Assembly (NCBI GenBank): GCA_026193675.1
Contig: JAPHSO010000024.1
Location: 1 to 35,645, forward strand
DNA: 35,645 bases
Reading direction: 5' to 3'
Origin: Gammaproteobacteria bacterium
GTDB taxonomy: Bacteria; Pseudomonadota; Gammaproteobacteria; Thiohalomonadales; Thiohalomonadaceae
A program made the translations under genes and the position numbers. The notes below the pieces were generated by a model, which was given only the letters and a program-made list of their open reading frames with translations, had not been told where the DNA came from and made no database searches. Below are positions 1 to 9,337 of this stretch, in pieces. The first letter of the stretch is position 1; each line of letters begins with the position of its first letter.

Positions 1-263
1 ATCAGTCCGACCAGATTACCCAGCACGATACCGTGTTTATGTCCCAGACCTGAACGGGGTAGAATCATTGCAGCGAGGTCCGAAGAGTCGATATGGATCG
101 CAATGCCGGTGGGTATTAGTTGAGTCTCTCCCGGGACAACGGTAATCGCCTGCTCCAGACATGCACGCAGGTCGAGCCCTGCGGAACCATCTGTTGCATA
201 TTCAGGTAGAGGAATTTCGTTGCCCAGTCTTGGATCGAGGATTTTAAGCTGTATCGGGTGCAT
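1..263 (-). CDS. dut: dUTP diphosphatase (dUTPase), N-terminal ~87 codons; the 3' end runs off the window
   Basis: Not in the ORF track because it is truncated. Reverse translation from the ATG at 263..261 gives [35 protein letters not shown]...[23 protein letters not shown], which matches E. coli Dut almost motif for motif. It lies 17 nt downstream of coaBC, as in the E. coli dfp-dut pair. Confidence 0.9.
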   Translation of the reverse strand, partial: MHPIQLKILDPRLGNEIPLPEYATDGSAGLDLRACLEQAITVVPGETQLIPTGIAIHIDSSDLAAMILPRSGLGHKHGIVLGNLVGL

Positions 264-279
264 ATCTAAATTCGGTTAT

Positions 280-1512
280 TTATTGTTTTGAGAACTGTTT
301 TATCACGAGGGCCATAAGCTGCTCGGCGATCTCACTTTTAGATGCAAGGTCGAGCTGGGTAGCTCCCTTGCGCCAGTAGACCGAGAGCCTATTGTGGTCA
401 TGATCAAAGCCGCTGTCTACATCTCCAACAAGATTAGCTGCAATCATGTCGATACCCTTCTGTTCCATCTTGCGCAGGGCATACTCTTCCAGCCTTTCTG
501 TCTCGGCAGCAAAACCGACAGTAAAGGGTGGACTGGGAAGTTGGGCGACACTTTTAAGGATGTCTGGGTTGGGCTCAAGTTTCAGGGTGAGTGATGAATC
601 GGAACGTTTCATCTTTTCTTCGGCCACATCTGCCAGGTGGTAATCGGCCACCGCAGCACAGGCGATAAAGATCTCACCGGGATCGACCATGACCGAGCTG
701 AGCATCTCCTGTGCCGTCTCCACAGGGATGAGATTGATCCCTGGCGGTTGTGCCATCGATACGGGACCGGAGACGAGGCGAACATCGGCCCCCAGCCGCC
801 TTGCTGCGGTGGCTAGAGCGTAACCCATCTTGCCGGAGCTACGGTTGGTGATGTAACGAACAGGGTCGATGGGTTCTCGAGTGGGGCCGGCAGTAATGGT
901 GACCTTTATGCCGCTCAATGGGCCTATCGCGAAGTGATCGTTTAGTGCCTTTAGTAGCTCTGATGGTTCAACCAGACGACCTGCCCCAACCTCACCACAG
1001 GCGAGCTCACCCGAAGCGGGGCCAACAATTGTTATGCCACGTTGTGTAAGCAGGGTAATGTTATCCTGAGTCGCATCGGATTCCCACATCTGGCTGTTCA
1101 TTGCAGGGGCGACCATTAATGGGGCTGATGATGCAAGCAGGGTGGTGCTCAGCAGGTCATCTGCCATACCTTGGGAAATTTTGGCAATGGTGTTGGCGGT
1201 TGCCGGTGCCACCAGAATGAGATCTGCCCATCGTGCCAGCTCAATGTGACTCATTTGACTGCCTGGAGTCTCGGTGGCGGCCTGCTCCAGCTCAAATAGA
1301 TCGGCGTAGACCGGATGTTCCGAGACGATTTGTAGTGTGAGAGGTGTGACAAACTGGCATGCAGAATGGGTCATGATGACGCGCACCTCAGCACCAGATT
1401 TAATTAGCTGACGCACCAGCTCCGGGATTTTGTAGGCGGCTATCCCGCCACTGACTGCAAGCAGGATTCGGCGGTTATTGAGATGGTTTACGGTTGTATG
1501 GTTTGAGCTCAT
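280..1512 (-). CDS. coaBC: bifunctional phosphopantothenoylcysteine decarboxylase / phosphopantothenate-cysteine ligase
   Basis: 410-aa ORF. The N-terminal flavoprotein motif is ILLAVSGGIAAYK and the C-terminal CoaB domain includes ITNRSSGKMG and AAAVADY. It is followed by dut and sits divergent from radC, as in E. coli. Confidence 0.95.
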   Translation of the reverse strand: MSSNHTTVNHLNNRRILLAVSGGIAAYKIPELVRQLIKSGAEVRVIMTHSACQFVTPLTLQIVSEHPVYADLFELEQAATETPGSQMSHIELARWADLILVAPATANTIAKISQGMADDLLSTTLLASSAPLMVAPAMNSQMWESDATQDNITLLTQRGITIVGPASGELACGEVGAGRLVEPSELLKALNDHFAIGPLSGIKVTITAGPTREPIDPVRYITNRSSGKMGYALATAARRLGADVRLVSGPVSMAQPPGINLIPVETAQEMLSSVMVDPGEIFIACAAVADYHLADVAEEKMKRSDSSLTLKLEPNPDILKSVAQLPSPPFTVGFAAETERLEEYALRKMEQKGIDMIAANLVGDVDSGFDHDHNRLSVYWRKGATQLDLASKSEIAEQLMALVIKQFSKQ

Positions 1513-1661
1513 TGGGCCATTTTACCAGAGGTCGAATCCAAAGAGGGCTATCGGATATGTCATAGAATTTTCAGGGCTTTGAAGATGAGGTGGAATCGGT
1601 AACAATAGCGGTGTTGATGGAACAATCATATGGATAGACCGACATGGATAGGAGGTGACAG

Positions 1662-2336
1662 ATGGCAATAACCGATTGGCCTGCCGCAGAGCGGCCCCGT
1701 GAGAAGCTGTTGCAGAGAGGAGTGGCTGCGCTCTCCGATGCTGAGTTGCTGGCGATCTTTTTGCGCACGGGGGTGAAGGGGAAGAGTGCGGTCGAGCTGG
1801 CGCGGGATCTATTAACGGAGCACGGTAACCTACGTAGCCTGTTAGAGGCGTCGCATAGTGAGTTTTGTAATAGCAGGGGGCTGGGTGATGCAAAATATTG
1901 TCAGCTCCACGCCACCCTTGAGATGGCCCAACGCTATCTGGTTCACACGCTTCAACGCGGTGATATCTTTAGCTCCCCGGGAACAGTTGCAAGCTATCTT
2001 AAACAGCGTCTGCGTAGTGAGTCACGTGAGCTGTTTCACTGCCTGTTTCTCGATAATAAGAATCGTCTGATTGTCGATGAGACTCTGTTTCTGGGAACCA
2101 TCGATCAGAGTGTGGTTCACCCAAGAGAGGTGGTGAAGCGGGCGCTTGAGCTGAATGCATCGGCTGTCATCCTCTCACATAACCATCCATCTGGAGTGTG
2201 TGATCCCAGTGGTGCCGATATTGAGATTACTCGCAGGCTAAAGGAGGCGCTTGAGCTGGTGGAGATCCGATTGCTCGATCACCTGATTGTTGGTGATCAG
2301 GAGGTGCTCTCGCTAGCTGAAAGGGGTCACATTTAA
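1662..2336 (+). CDS. radC: RadC/YicR-family JAMM-motif protein (UPF0758)
   Basis: 224 aa. The N-terminal HhH-like region reads [28 protein letters not shown], and the C-terminal JAMM signature reads ILSHNHPSG...[13 protein letters not shown] strong SD (AGGAGG) lies 6 nt upstream of the ATG. Confidence 0.9.
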   Translation: MAITDWPAAERPREKLLQRGVAALSDAELLAIFLRTGVKGKSAVELARDLLTEHGNLRSLLEASHSEFCNSRGLGDAKYCQLHATLEMAQRYLVHTLQRGDIFSSPGTVASYLKQRLRSESRELFHCLFLDNKNRLIVDETLFLGTIDQSVVHPREVVKRALELNASAVILSHNHPSGVCDPSGADIEITRRLKEALELVEIRLLDHLIVGDQEVLSLAERGHI

Positions 2337-2376
2337 ACGAGTGCTAATTGAGCCAGTTTGATCAATGTCGCTTAGT

Positions 2377-3852
2377 TCAATTTTGTGTCGCGATCTTCTG
2401 GTTGAGTAGAGTGATCTGCTTTTTGACATAGCTATTAAGCTTCCTCGAAAGGGTGCCGCTATTTTGTGCCTGCTTGAATGCGGATAGTGCTTCACTCTCC
2501 TGGGCATTCTGCTCAAATGAGATCCCCAGACCCATCCACCAGGTACCATTAGTGGGGTTGAGTGTCAGTGCACGCTGATAGTGCTCAATACTCTTTTGGT
2601 AGCTCTTTTCGCGCTGATAGAGCGCGGCGGCAAAGGCGTAGAGATCTGCATTGACCACCCCCTGCTGAATGGAGTCTTCAATAATCGCAATGGCAATCGG
2701 CAGCTCACCCTGGGACATCCGAATCTGGGCAAGTTTTTGAACATAGATGGGATAGTTGGGAAAGAGTTTAATCCCCTGTTTGATATGTCCTTCCGCCTCA
2801 ACGGTACGGGCAGAGGCTATCAGTTTATCGATCAGAGACTGGCGGCTTGAATGATGCTCTGGTGCGAGTAAAACTGCCTTTTCCCATAGCACTAGCGCCT
2901 GGGCACTTTTGTGTTCCCGCTCCAGTCGATTGGCCTCAAGGTAATACTCTTCGGCCTGTTGGAATGCACTCAGTGGAATGATCCGTTTACTGATCGAATC
3001 GAGCCTGTCATCACCGACAGCCGGTTCGATGTTCCGATCATTTTCCGGGCTGTTTTCAGGTAGTTCAGCCTGTTTAACCGCTTCGGAAGTGGGTGGTGAA
3101 CTCACCATAAACTCTTTGGCGTTTGAGGCACCACCATCAGGATTGAGTACGGTCAGGTGCCAGCGCTCCTCACGGGTACCGGTGGTCAAAGTGATATTGA
3201 GCTCTGATGGAGAGATGTAGTTGATGCGATAGCCTTTGAGGGTGACACACTTTGCCGGCCAACAGATGAGTACCTCACTATCGGGATGGAAATTTTTTCC
3301 CAAAATGGTCAGTGTCTGTTTCTGCCAGCTCCCCTTAAGTTCTGAAGGGACAAGTCTATTGATCGAGACGGTCGGCAGGTTGGCTTGTTGATCTGCCTGA
3401 GTCGCTCTATTAGATTTAGTGGGTGTGGGTTCAACGCTCTGACGAGGTTGTGGGGCGATAATGACCGGTTTTATCGGGTTGGCTCGAACCACTTTTTTAG
3501 GTTGGACCACGACCCCTGACGGTTCAGATTGCTCTGATGGCTCTTCTGCTGGGCGGCTATCACCTGCATTGCTCTGTTCAATAAGAGCAGCGATGGTGCT
3601 GGGCTCGGCCTGTTTTGTAGTTTGTGGTAGATACTCCTCAACCTGCTGACGGCTGGCGATATCCGCACGGGTGAGCCAGAGTAGATAGATCACGGCGACA
3701 AGGAGAGTGATGGATATCAGGGTGAGCAGAATGAGCGGGAGTCGACCACCACGTGGAGAGACTCTATTGCGAGAGATGATGCCATCTTGCCCTTTGATCG
3801 CACTCTCTTTGCGCTCTTCGAGGTCTTTTAACATCTGGTTAATGATGCTCAT
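2377..3852 (-). CDS. mshN: MshN-like TPR protein of MSHA-type pilus biogenesis. Architecture: N-terminal cytoplasmic segment, one TM helix, a P/Q/S-rich linker, an IPT/TIG-like beta domain, and C-terminal TPR repeats
   Basis: 491 aa. It starts MSIINQMLKDLEERK, has TM helix LPLILLTLISITLLVAVIYLLWL, and carries C-terminal TPR-like repeats (YAFAAALYQREKSYQKSIEHYQRALTLNPTNGTWWMGLGISFEQ). It is the last gene of an mshI..N-ordered cluster, directly after the ExeA-like MshM. Confidence 0.7.
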   Translation of the reverse strand: MSIINQMLKDLEERKESAIKGQDGIISRNRVSPRGGRLPLILLTLISITLLVAVIYLLWLTRADIASRQQVEEYLPQTTKQAEPSTIAALIEQSNAGDSRPAEEPSEQSEPSGVVVQPKKVVRANPIKPVIIAPQPRQSVEPTPTKSNRATQADQQANLPTVSINRLVPSELKGSWQKQTLTILGKNFHPDSEVLICWPAKCVTLKGYRINYISPSELNITLTTGTREERWHLTVLNPDGGASNAKEFMVSSPPTSEAVKQAELPENSPENDRNIEPAVGDDRLDSISKRIIPLSAFQQAEEYYLEANRLEREHKSAQALVLWEKAVLLAPEHHSSRQSLIDKLIASARTVEAEGHIKQGIKLFPNYPIYVQKLAQIRMSQGELPIAIAIIEDSIQQGVVNADLYAFAAALYQREKSYQKSIEHYQRALTLNPTNGTWWMGLGISFEQNAQESEALSAFKQAQNSGTLSRKLNSYVKKQITLLNQKIATQN

Positions 3853-3887
3853 CTGCTCAATATCTCCTCGGCGGATTCATTGTGGGC

Positions 3888-4727
3888 TTAAAAGTGCCAG
3901 AAGCGGGGTTTAAAAGCGCCTTCGGTGTCTCGGATTGCTGCTCTGACCTGTTGAGGGGTGATAACCATCGTTCCCTGACCAAAGCCGAGAATGAGTGATT
4001 TATGGGCCAGTATGTTGACCAGTCGGGGGTAGCCGCGGCTTCCTCTCTGCAGCAGTTTGAGAGCCTTGGGATGAAACTGAATTGCGCCACTTGAACCGGC
4101 CGTCAACAGACGGTGGCTGATATAGGCGGCAATGCCATGCTGATCGAGAGGCTGTAGTCGATAGGAGAAGGTGATGCGCTGTTTGAGCTGACGGATCGAG
4201 TTGTGAGCCAGTTTCTCATCCAGTTCAGGTTGACCAAACAGTACCACCTGCAGCAGCTTTTTCTTTTCGCTCTCAAGGTTGGTCAGCAGACGCATGGTCT
4301 CCAGTGTCTCCAGCGGCATCGATTGTGCCTCATCGATACAGAGTAAAACCTGCTTTTTCTGTTCTCCCATACTCTTTTTGATCAGTGCATGGGTGATCTC
4401 TTTCATAATCTGATGCTGATCAGTGGTCGCCTTGGTATCGATACCAAGCTCATCGGCAACAGCTCGAATCAGGGATTCAGGGCTGAGCATCGGATTGGGA
4501 ATGTAGGTGGTGTGAAACCGGTTATCGAGTTCGTTGAGTAGCTTTCTGCAGAGTAGGGTTTTTCCGGTTCCGATCTCGCCAGTCACCTTGATAAAACCCT
4601 CTCCCGCGTTGAGTGCGATGGTGAGGGTATTGAGGGCATCTCGGTAGTGCCCATAGGCGAGAAAATATTGTGTATCGGGAGTCAGCGAAAAGGGGAGCTC
4701 CCTTAGGCCGTAAAATTCGAGGTACAT
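3888..4727 (-). CDS. mshM: ExeA/GspA-like AAA+ ATPase, MSHA biogenesis protein MshM
   Basis: 279 aa. It starts MYLEFYGLRELPFSLTPDTQYF, as ExeA-family proteins do. Walker A is GEIGTGKT and Walker B is LLCIDEAQ. It lies between the secretin and the TPR protein. Confidence 0.8.
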   Translation of the reverse strand: MYLEFYGLRELPFSLTPDTQYFLAYGHYRDALNTLTIALNAGEGFIKVTGEIGTGKTLLCRKLLNELDNRFHTTYIPNPMLSPESLIRAVADELGIDTKATTDQHQIMKEITHALIKKSMGEQKKQVLLCIDEAQSMPLETLETMRLLTNLESEKKKLLQVVLFGQPELDEKLAHNSIRQLKQRITFSYRLQPLDQHGIAAYISHRLLTAGSSGAIQFHPKALKLLQRGSRGYPRLVNILAHKSLILGFGQGTMVITPQQVRAAIRDTEGAFKPRFWHF

Positions 4728-4748
4728 ATTGTCAAGTTGACCAGAGCA

Positions 4749-6356
4749 TTACATATCACGCACGGCATTGGCGCCCTTTCTCAGCTGCTGCTGCCACTGA
4801 TCTCCAGCTTTATCGATTACGATCGGCTTGAGCAGGATAATGAGTTCACTTTTTACGCGACTCTTTTCAGTGTTGGAGAAAAGCCCTCCAAGCAGAGGGA
4901 TGTCTCCCAGCCCAGGAACAGATCCACCATTGTCGAGCGTCTTGGTCTGCATTAGACCACCGATAACGACGATCTGACCATTCTTAGCGCGAATAATACT
5001 GTCGGTTTCACGCACATTGCTGACCGCCAGCGGGACGGTATAGGAGCCGATGTTTTTGTTCTCTTCAGTGACGGTGCTCACCGATGGATGGACATGCAGC
5101 ACGATGGTGCCGTCATCATCAATCTGAGGGGTGACATCAAGGGCGACACCAGAGAAGAAGGAGTCGAGTTCAAAGGTTGGAATGGAGGTTGTGGATGTCG
5201 CTGTGGAGGTTGTACCCTGGGTAATGCTGGTCACAAAGAACTCATCAGAGCCAACCTTAATCACCGCCTTTTGGTTGTTAATGGTTGAAACGCGTGGGCT
5301 CGATAACACCTGGACATCGCCCTGAGTTCCAAGAAGATTGATGAAGGTGCTGAAGTTGGAGTTGGCCAAACCTAGATTAAAATTACCGGATACACCGCCT
5401 GATACTGATGAAGCGACAGAGCCCGATGCAACGGTCTGGCTTCCGGTAATTGGTGAGCCACCACCGCCCAGAGCGAGGGTGAGACTGGAGCCACTTGAGC
5501 GCTGAATCTCAGCCCAGTTGATCCCCGCCTGGAAGCCGCTGCTTAGTTCAACCTCAAGAATTCGCGCCTCAATAATCACCTGACGCTGCAGGATCTCCTG
5601 ACTCTGATCGAGGAACTCCTCGACTAGACGTAATTTGCTGGGGCGGGCACGAACCATCACAATTCCGGTCAGTGGATTGATACTCAGTAGTGCATCTTTT
5701 TCGTTGCCAATAATAATCTGAAGAGACTTCTCAAGCTCAGTCCAGAAGTTGGTACTCGATTCGGTCGAGATGGAGCTGTTGCCACCACTGGCACCGCCAG
5801 TGTTATCGGTATTGCTGCCGCCAGAGGTTGTGGTTGATGAACCGGTTCGGGTCAGCGAGAGATAGTCAACCTGGAAGATTCTGGTCTGAATCTGGTTGGG
5901 GAAGACCTCAATAACACGCCCCTTGATGCGATAGTCATAGCCGTGAATATTTCGTACGGTCTGTAACACTTCAGCGACTGTGGTCTCCTTCATCTCCAGT
6001 GAGATGTAACCGCCCACCTCGGGATGAACAACCATGTCATAGGGGGTATCTTCTACCAGACTTAAAAAGAAGTCGCGTGCCCGCAGACGACGCGCCTTGA
6101 TGTCAAAGCGGCGCTCCATATCAACGGATTGGTGTTGGTTATCGGAACCCGATCCTGAGGCAAGAAGCTCAGCCTCGATCTCGGCAGGTGGGCGAGATGA
6201 ATCTGAGCTGATTCCCTCCTCAACGGCCTGCAGCATGGCGGCGTGAATATCATCTTTTTCTTTGGAGAGATGTTGACTACAACCTCCGATAGAGAGTGCG
6301 GCCGTAAGCAAAAGCGCCTTGATGAAGAGTGGTGGCATGATCTGTTCTCTATTCAT
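4749..6356 (-). CDS. mshL: MSHA-type pilus secretin lipoprotein MshL (GspD/PilQ superfamily)
   Basis: 535 aa. The lipobox is LSIGGCS. The C-terminal secretin domain includes VLSSPRVSTINNQKAVIKVG, GGLMQ and VPGLGDIPLLGGLF...ELIILLKP. Confidence 0.85.
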   Translation of the reverse strand: MNREQIMPPLFIKALLLTAALSIGGCSQHLSKEKDDIHAAMLQAVEEGISSDSSRPPAEIEAELLASGSGSDNQHQSVDMERRFDIKARRLRARDFFLSLVEDTPYDMVVHPEVGGYISLEMKETTVAEVLQTVRNIHGYDYRIKGRVIEVFPNQIQTRIFQVDYLSLTRTGSSTTTSGGSNTDNTGGASGGNSSISTESSTNFWTELEKSLQIIIGNEKDALLSINPLTGIVMVRARPSKLRLVEEFLDQSQEILQRQVIIEARILEVELSSGFQAGINWAEIQRSSGSSLTLALGGGGSPITGSQTVASGSVASSVSGGVSGNFNLGLANSNFSTFINLLGTQGDVQVLSSPRVSTINNQKAVIKVGSDEFFVTSITQGTTSTATSTTSIPTFELDSFFSGVALDVTPQIDDDGTIVLHVHPSVSTVTEENKNIGSYTVPLAVSNVRETDSIIRAKNGQIVVIGGLMQTKTLDNGGSVPGLGDIPLLGGLFSNTEKSRVKSELIILLKPIVIDKAGDQWQQQLRKGANAVRDM

Positions 6357-6368
6357 GGTGATAATCTA

Positions 6369-6719
6369 CTATCTTTTTATCTTTCGAGGTAGAAACTTCA
6401 ATTTAATCAGCTCTCCACCCCTGCGTAGTCTGACCTGATTGTGCTCAATCGCAATCACTTGAGCGCCTCTAATTTTGTCGCCGACTTTAACCAGCTTGCC
6501 GCTGATATTGGCACTGCGTTCATCCTCGCCAATCTGTATCGACTGGATCCACAGGCTAATCTGAGGGGAGGATTTAGTCGCGGCCTTAGCGCCACTGCCG
6601 GTGTTAGTGCTTTTCACTATTGACTGATCATCAGGGCGCATCGGATCGACCTGTTCTGCAGCATCAGCGCTGAATGGAATGGCCAGTAACATGCAAAGGA
6701 ATGTGAGATGCTTAGACAC
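6369..6719 (-). CDS. mshK: small periplasmic pilus-assembly protein, MshK-like (PilP/GspC-HR-like)
   Basis: 116 aa with a signal peptide (MSKHLTFLCMLLAIPFSADA). The C-terminal motif GKLVKVGDKIRGAQVIAIEHNQVRL is typical of MshK/PilP-type proteins. It sits between mshJ and mshL and overlaps mshJ by 8 nt. Confidence 0.6.
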   Translation of the reverse strand: MSKHLTFLCMLLAIPFSADAAEQVDPMRPDDQSIVKSTNTGSGAKAATKSSPQISLWIQSIQIGEDERSANISGKLVKVGDKIRGAQVIAIEHNQVRLRRGGELIKLKFLPRKIKR

Positions 6720-7404
6720 CGATTAATCCCTCATCAAGGCTAATAGTATGGATCACCAAAGAGATGCCAACGGTTGGATACTCGAGTGTGGTCATATCGA
6801 TCTCATCCCAGCGGAAACTCCATTGCAGCGACTCTAACTCTTTCAAATAGGCGAGTGTGTCGAGATAGCTTCCCTCAAAGCGAAGTTTAAAGCTGTGTCG
6901 ATAGATGCTTTGGGTTGGCGCCCCCTCTATGATAGCTGTTGTCTCCTCGCCCTCAGTCGCAACCTGTTGCAGCAGAGGCTCTGCGGGCAGGCTATCGATT
7001 GAAATAAATCTGAGACTCTTTTGACGCTGTAGCAGATTCTCCAGAGCCAGTGCCATCTTCTCTGGTGGAATAAGTCCCGCAACGGCCTCTTCAATCTGAT
7101 CACTTGACTCTTTTATCTCAAGATCGAGCTGGGCTAACTGCTGTCGTTCGGATTGATTGGGATCAGAGCGATAGCGATTAATGATACTGAGCGCCTGCCC
7201 CTCTAGCCGGCTGTTCTCGGCCTGAATGGACTGAATCTGATCCAGCAAACTTTTCTGTTTTAGCTCTAATGGGCTGAGCAGCAGATAGTCGACAGCGGTG
7301 AACAGGGAAAATGAGATTGCCAAAAAGAGTATCGCACGTTCACGCAGAGAGAGAGCATCTATCTTCTCCTGTAACTGAGCAATGAGCTGCTTCAATTTTT
7401 CCAT
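6712..7404 (-). CDS. mshJ: PilO-like bitopic pilus-assembly protein MshJ
   Basis: 230 aa with an N-terminal coiled segment, a TM helix (AILFLAISFSLFTAVDYLLL), a coiled coil and a C-terminal ferredoxin-like part. Its position follows MSHA cluster order. Confidence 0.65.
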   Translation of the reverse strand: MEKLKQLIAQLQEKIDALSLRERAILFLAISFSLFTAVDYLLLSPLELKQKSLLDQIQSIQAENSRLEGQALSIINRYRSDPNQSERQQLAQLDLEIKESSDQIEEAVAGLIPPEKMALALENLLQRQKSLRFISIDSLPAEPLLQQVATEGEETTAIIEGAPTQSIYRHSFKLRFEGSYLDTLAYLKELESLQWSFRWDEIDMTTLEYPTVGISLVIHTISLDEGLIGV

Positions 7405-7406
7405 GA

Positions 7407-8126
7407 TTAGCGCATCCTCTCCTCAAGAATCTGCTCGGGACTCTTCACATCCCATTTCTGAGTTCCCAGCCGACGACCGCCTGCGCTGGCTGGAATGGTT
7501 CCATTCTCTGACCCCGGTTTCAGTGCCGTCTCCAGAGTAAAGTTGATCAGATCACTTTGGGCAGCCATCTTATCGGTAGCGGGGCGCTCAATTGAGAGAC
7601 GGTGGAATGAGGTCCCCTCAAAAATATCTTCATTGCTCAGTTTTTGAATATAGTAGGGAACCCGTTCAGAGAGCGTGGTTGAGCCGCGGAGTCTAATCTC
7701 GCCACCGCCACGCAGGATAGTGATCTGATTGAGCCACAGATCGGCAACATCCTGTCGAGAAAGTCCCGCCAGGTGTTCTGAAAAGCCACCCTCTATCCCA
7801 TTGATTTGAGAGGCGAGCGTGGTTGTGATCTCGTTCAGGAAGGCCAGGCGCTGTTTGGCATTGGCGATCTTGACCGCGAGCTGAGGATCGCGACTCTTTT
7901 GCGGGTACTGAGCTGAGAGCTGGTTTATCCGGTTGTTGTTTTCGTCACGTTGTTTGATGGTTTGTGTGAGTTGGCTCTGCAGCGACTCACCCTGCCATAG
8001 GGTAAAAGCAAACAGAACAGCTAGCCCAATCAGAACCAGCAGGTTTCCAATGAGCAGTGTTTTGGCTGAGAAGATCTTACGCTCTTTACGGAAGATCGGT
8101 TGATAGAGATTGATCTGCTGCATCAT
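7407..8126 (-). CDS. PilN-like bitopic pilus-assembly protein (the 'MshI2' / C-terminal half of MshI in some genomes)
   Basis: 239 aa. It starts MMQQINLYQPIFRKERK, then has a TM helix (LLIGNLLVLIGLAVLFAFTLW) and a coiled coil. It overlaps the upstream PilM-like gene by 4 nt (ATGA-type coupling). Confidence 0.65.
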   Translation of the reverse strand: MMQQINLYQPIFRKERKIFSAKTLLIGNLLVLIGLAVLFAFTLWQGESLQSQLTQTIKQRDENNNRINQLSAQYPQKSRDPQLAVKIANAKQRLAFLNEITTTLASQINGIEGGFSEHLAGLSRQDVADLWLNQITILRGGGEIRLRGSTTLSERVPYYIQKLSNEDIFEGTSFHRLSIERPATDKMAAQSDLINFTLETALKPGSENGTIPASAGGRRLGTQKWDVKSPEQILEERMR

Positions 8127-9148
8127 AGCGAGACACTCTCCTCTCTCAGCGCCAAACCGATGGCATCAATACATTGTGCCTGTAGTTTATCGCTCATGGT
8201 TCCTTCAATATCGAGAAAGACATTGAGATCGAGCATACGTACGGCAGTGCCTAACGTGCTTGAGAAATAGGGGATGATTCCAGGTACCGACTCCTCCATA
8301 GGGGCGATGATAACCCCGGAGACCGGTGGCATGGAGAAGTTACTTTCGTAATAGTCGAGAGAACGCTGCAGCTCCAGCGTGATGGCATCAAGCAGCCCCT
8401 GTACCTCAAATGGTAGGCCGTTATCATCTTCTAGCGAAAGTTCGTCCTGTCTCTTATGCTCAGCGATAAGTTGCACGATCCGCTGCAGCCCGACATCAAT
8501 ATGACGAGTCAGATAGAGGTTCTTGTTGCGACTGATTGTCACCAGTGAGCTATGTTGACCGATGCTCAACAGGGCAACACCATTGCTATCTTCGGGGAGC
8601 AGGGCGGCAATATTGCGTTGAGCCAATTCGGGAATATCGATGACATCAAGATTTATATCGTGCTTCTCGAAGCGATCAATATGTGCCTGAGTGGTGCTGA
8701 TTCGTGAGACCACCACATACATCATCTTTTGGCGTCCTCGATTCTCCTGTTCAGGAATATCGAAGACATCGATGACGGCATCATCAATATGGAAGTCGAT
8801 CAGATCTTTTATCTGCCAGCGGATCGCCGCACGAAGTTCGGTGGGATCAACCGCAGGGGCCTCTACCATTAATAGCGAGAAGTTTTCGCTCGCGAAGAGG
8901 CTGCAGCAGCGCCCGTCATTAAAGTCGTGTGCGTCACTCAGTTCGATCAACTTCTGCTGCTGCTCCTCTTCAGTATCGGCTGGTGTAAACAGGCAGGTGA
9001 GAAGTTGTGGAGGGCTATCGGCTTTACGCTGGATCTGGGCGATGGCAATGCCGCCCCTTTTTATGGAGACTCCTGTCTGTAGGTCGCTTTTTCGGCGACC
9101 TGTTGATAAACCTAGTTTCTCTAACAGTGAGGATAAGAAATGGGCCAC
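8123..9148 (-). CDS. mshI: PilM-like actin-fold pilus-assembly protein MshI
   Basis: 341 aa with a GTG start at 9148. It shows PilM/FtsA-like features, including LLMVEAPAVDPTELRAAIRWQIKDLIDF. It is the first gene of the cluster and is preceded by a 190-nt AT-rich intergenic region. Confidence 0.7.
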   Translation of the reverse strand: MAHFLSSLLEKLGLSTGRRKSDLQTGVSIKRGGIAIAQIQRKADSPPQLLTCLFTPADTEEEQQQKLIELSDAHDFNDGRCCSLFASENFSLLMVEAPAVDPTELRAAIRWQIKDLIDFHIDDAVIDVFDIPEQENRGRQKMMYVVVSRISTTQAHIDRFEKHDINLDVIDIPELAQRNIAALLPEDSNGVALLSIGQHSSLVTISRNKNLYLTRHIDVGLQRIVQLIAEHKRQDELSLEDDNGLPFEVQGLLDAITLELQRSLDYYESNFSMPPVSGVIIAPMEESVPGIIPYFSSTLGTAVRMLDLNVFLDIEGTMSDKLQAQCIDAIGLALREESVSL

Positions 9149-9337
9149 AGAGGTAGGAGATGCCTTATTAATTAATATTGAGTGGGATACTACTGTGAAA
9201 TAGCTGTTGAATCAACTTTCAATTTGTTTTCTAACTCTATGATAAAAAAAGAGAAACACCTTGATTTTGTTAAAGCCATCCTATTTCAGTTTTAAAACTT
9301 GGAATTGGTTCACAGATATTTTAAATCGTTATATTTA

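Noticed and set aside
1522-1893. 123-aa minus-strand ORF across the coaBC-radC intergenic region and the radC 5' end
   Set aside because: It overlaps the well-supported radC start region in antisense. It is Pro/Ala/Ser-rich with no ribosome-binding site.
5748-5852. Ser/Thr/Gly-rich low-complexity segment in MshL (TGSSTTTSGGSNTDNTGGASGGNSSISTESSTN)
   Set aside because: It is most simply a flexible inter-domain linker of the secretin, and nothing at the DNA level suggests slippage-prone repeats or phase variation.
2377-9148. MSHA block as a mobile genomic island
   Set aside because: I found no integrase, transposase, flanking tRNA or direct repeats, and base composition is not visibly different from the neighbours. 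It is reported only as an unusual or truncated gene set.
8691-9203. 170-aa plus-strand ORF overlapping mshI
   Set aside because: It is antisense to the PilM-like gene, Ser/Cys/Arg-rich, and has no motifs or SD.
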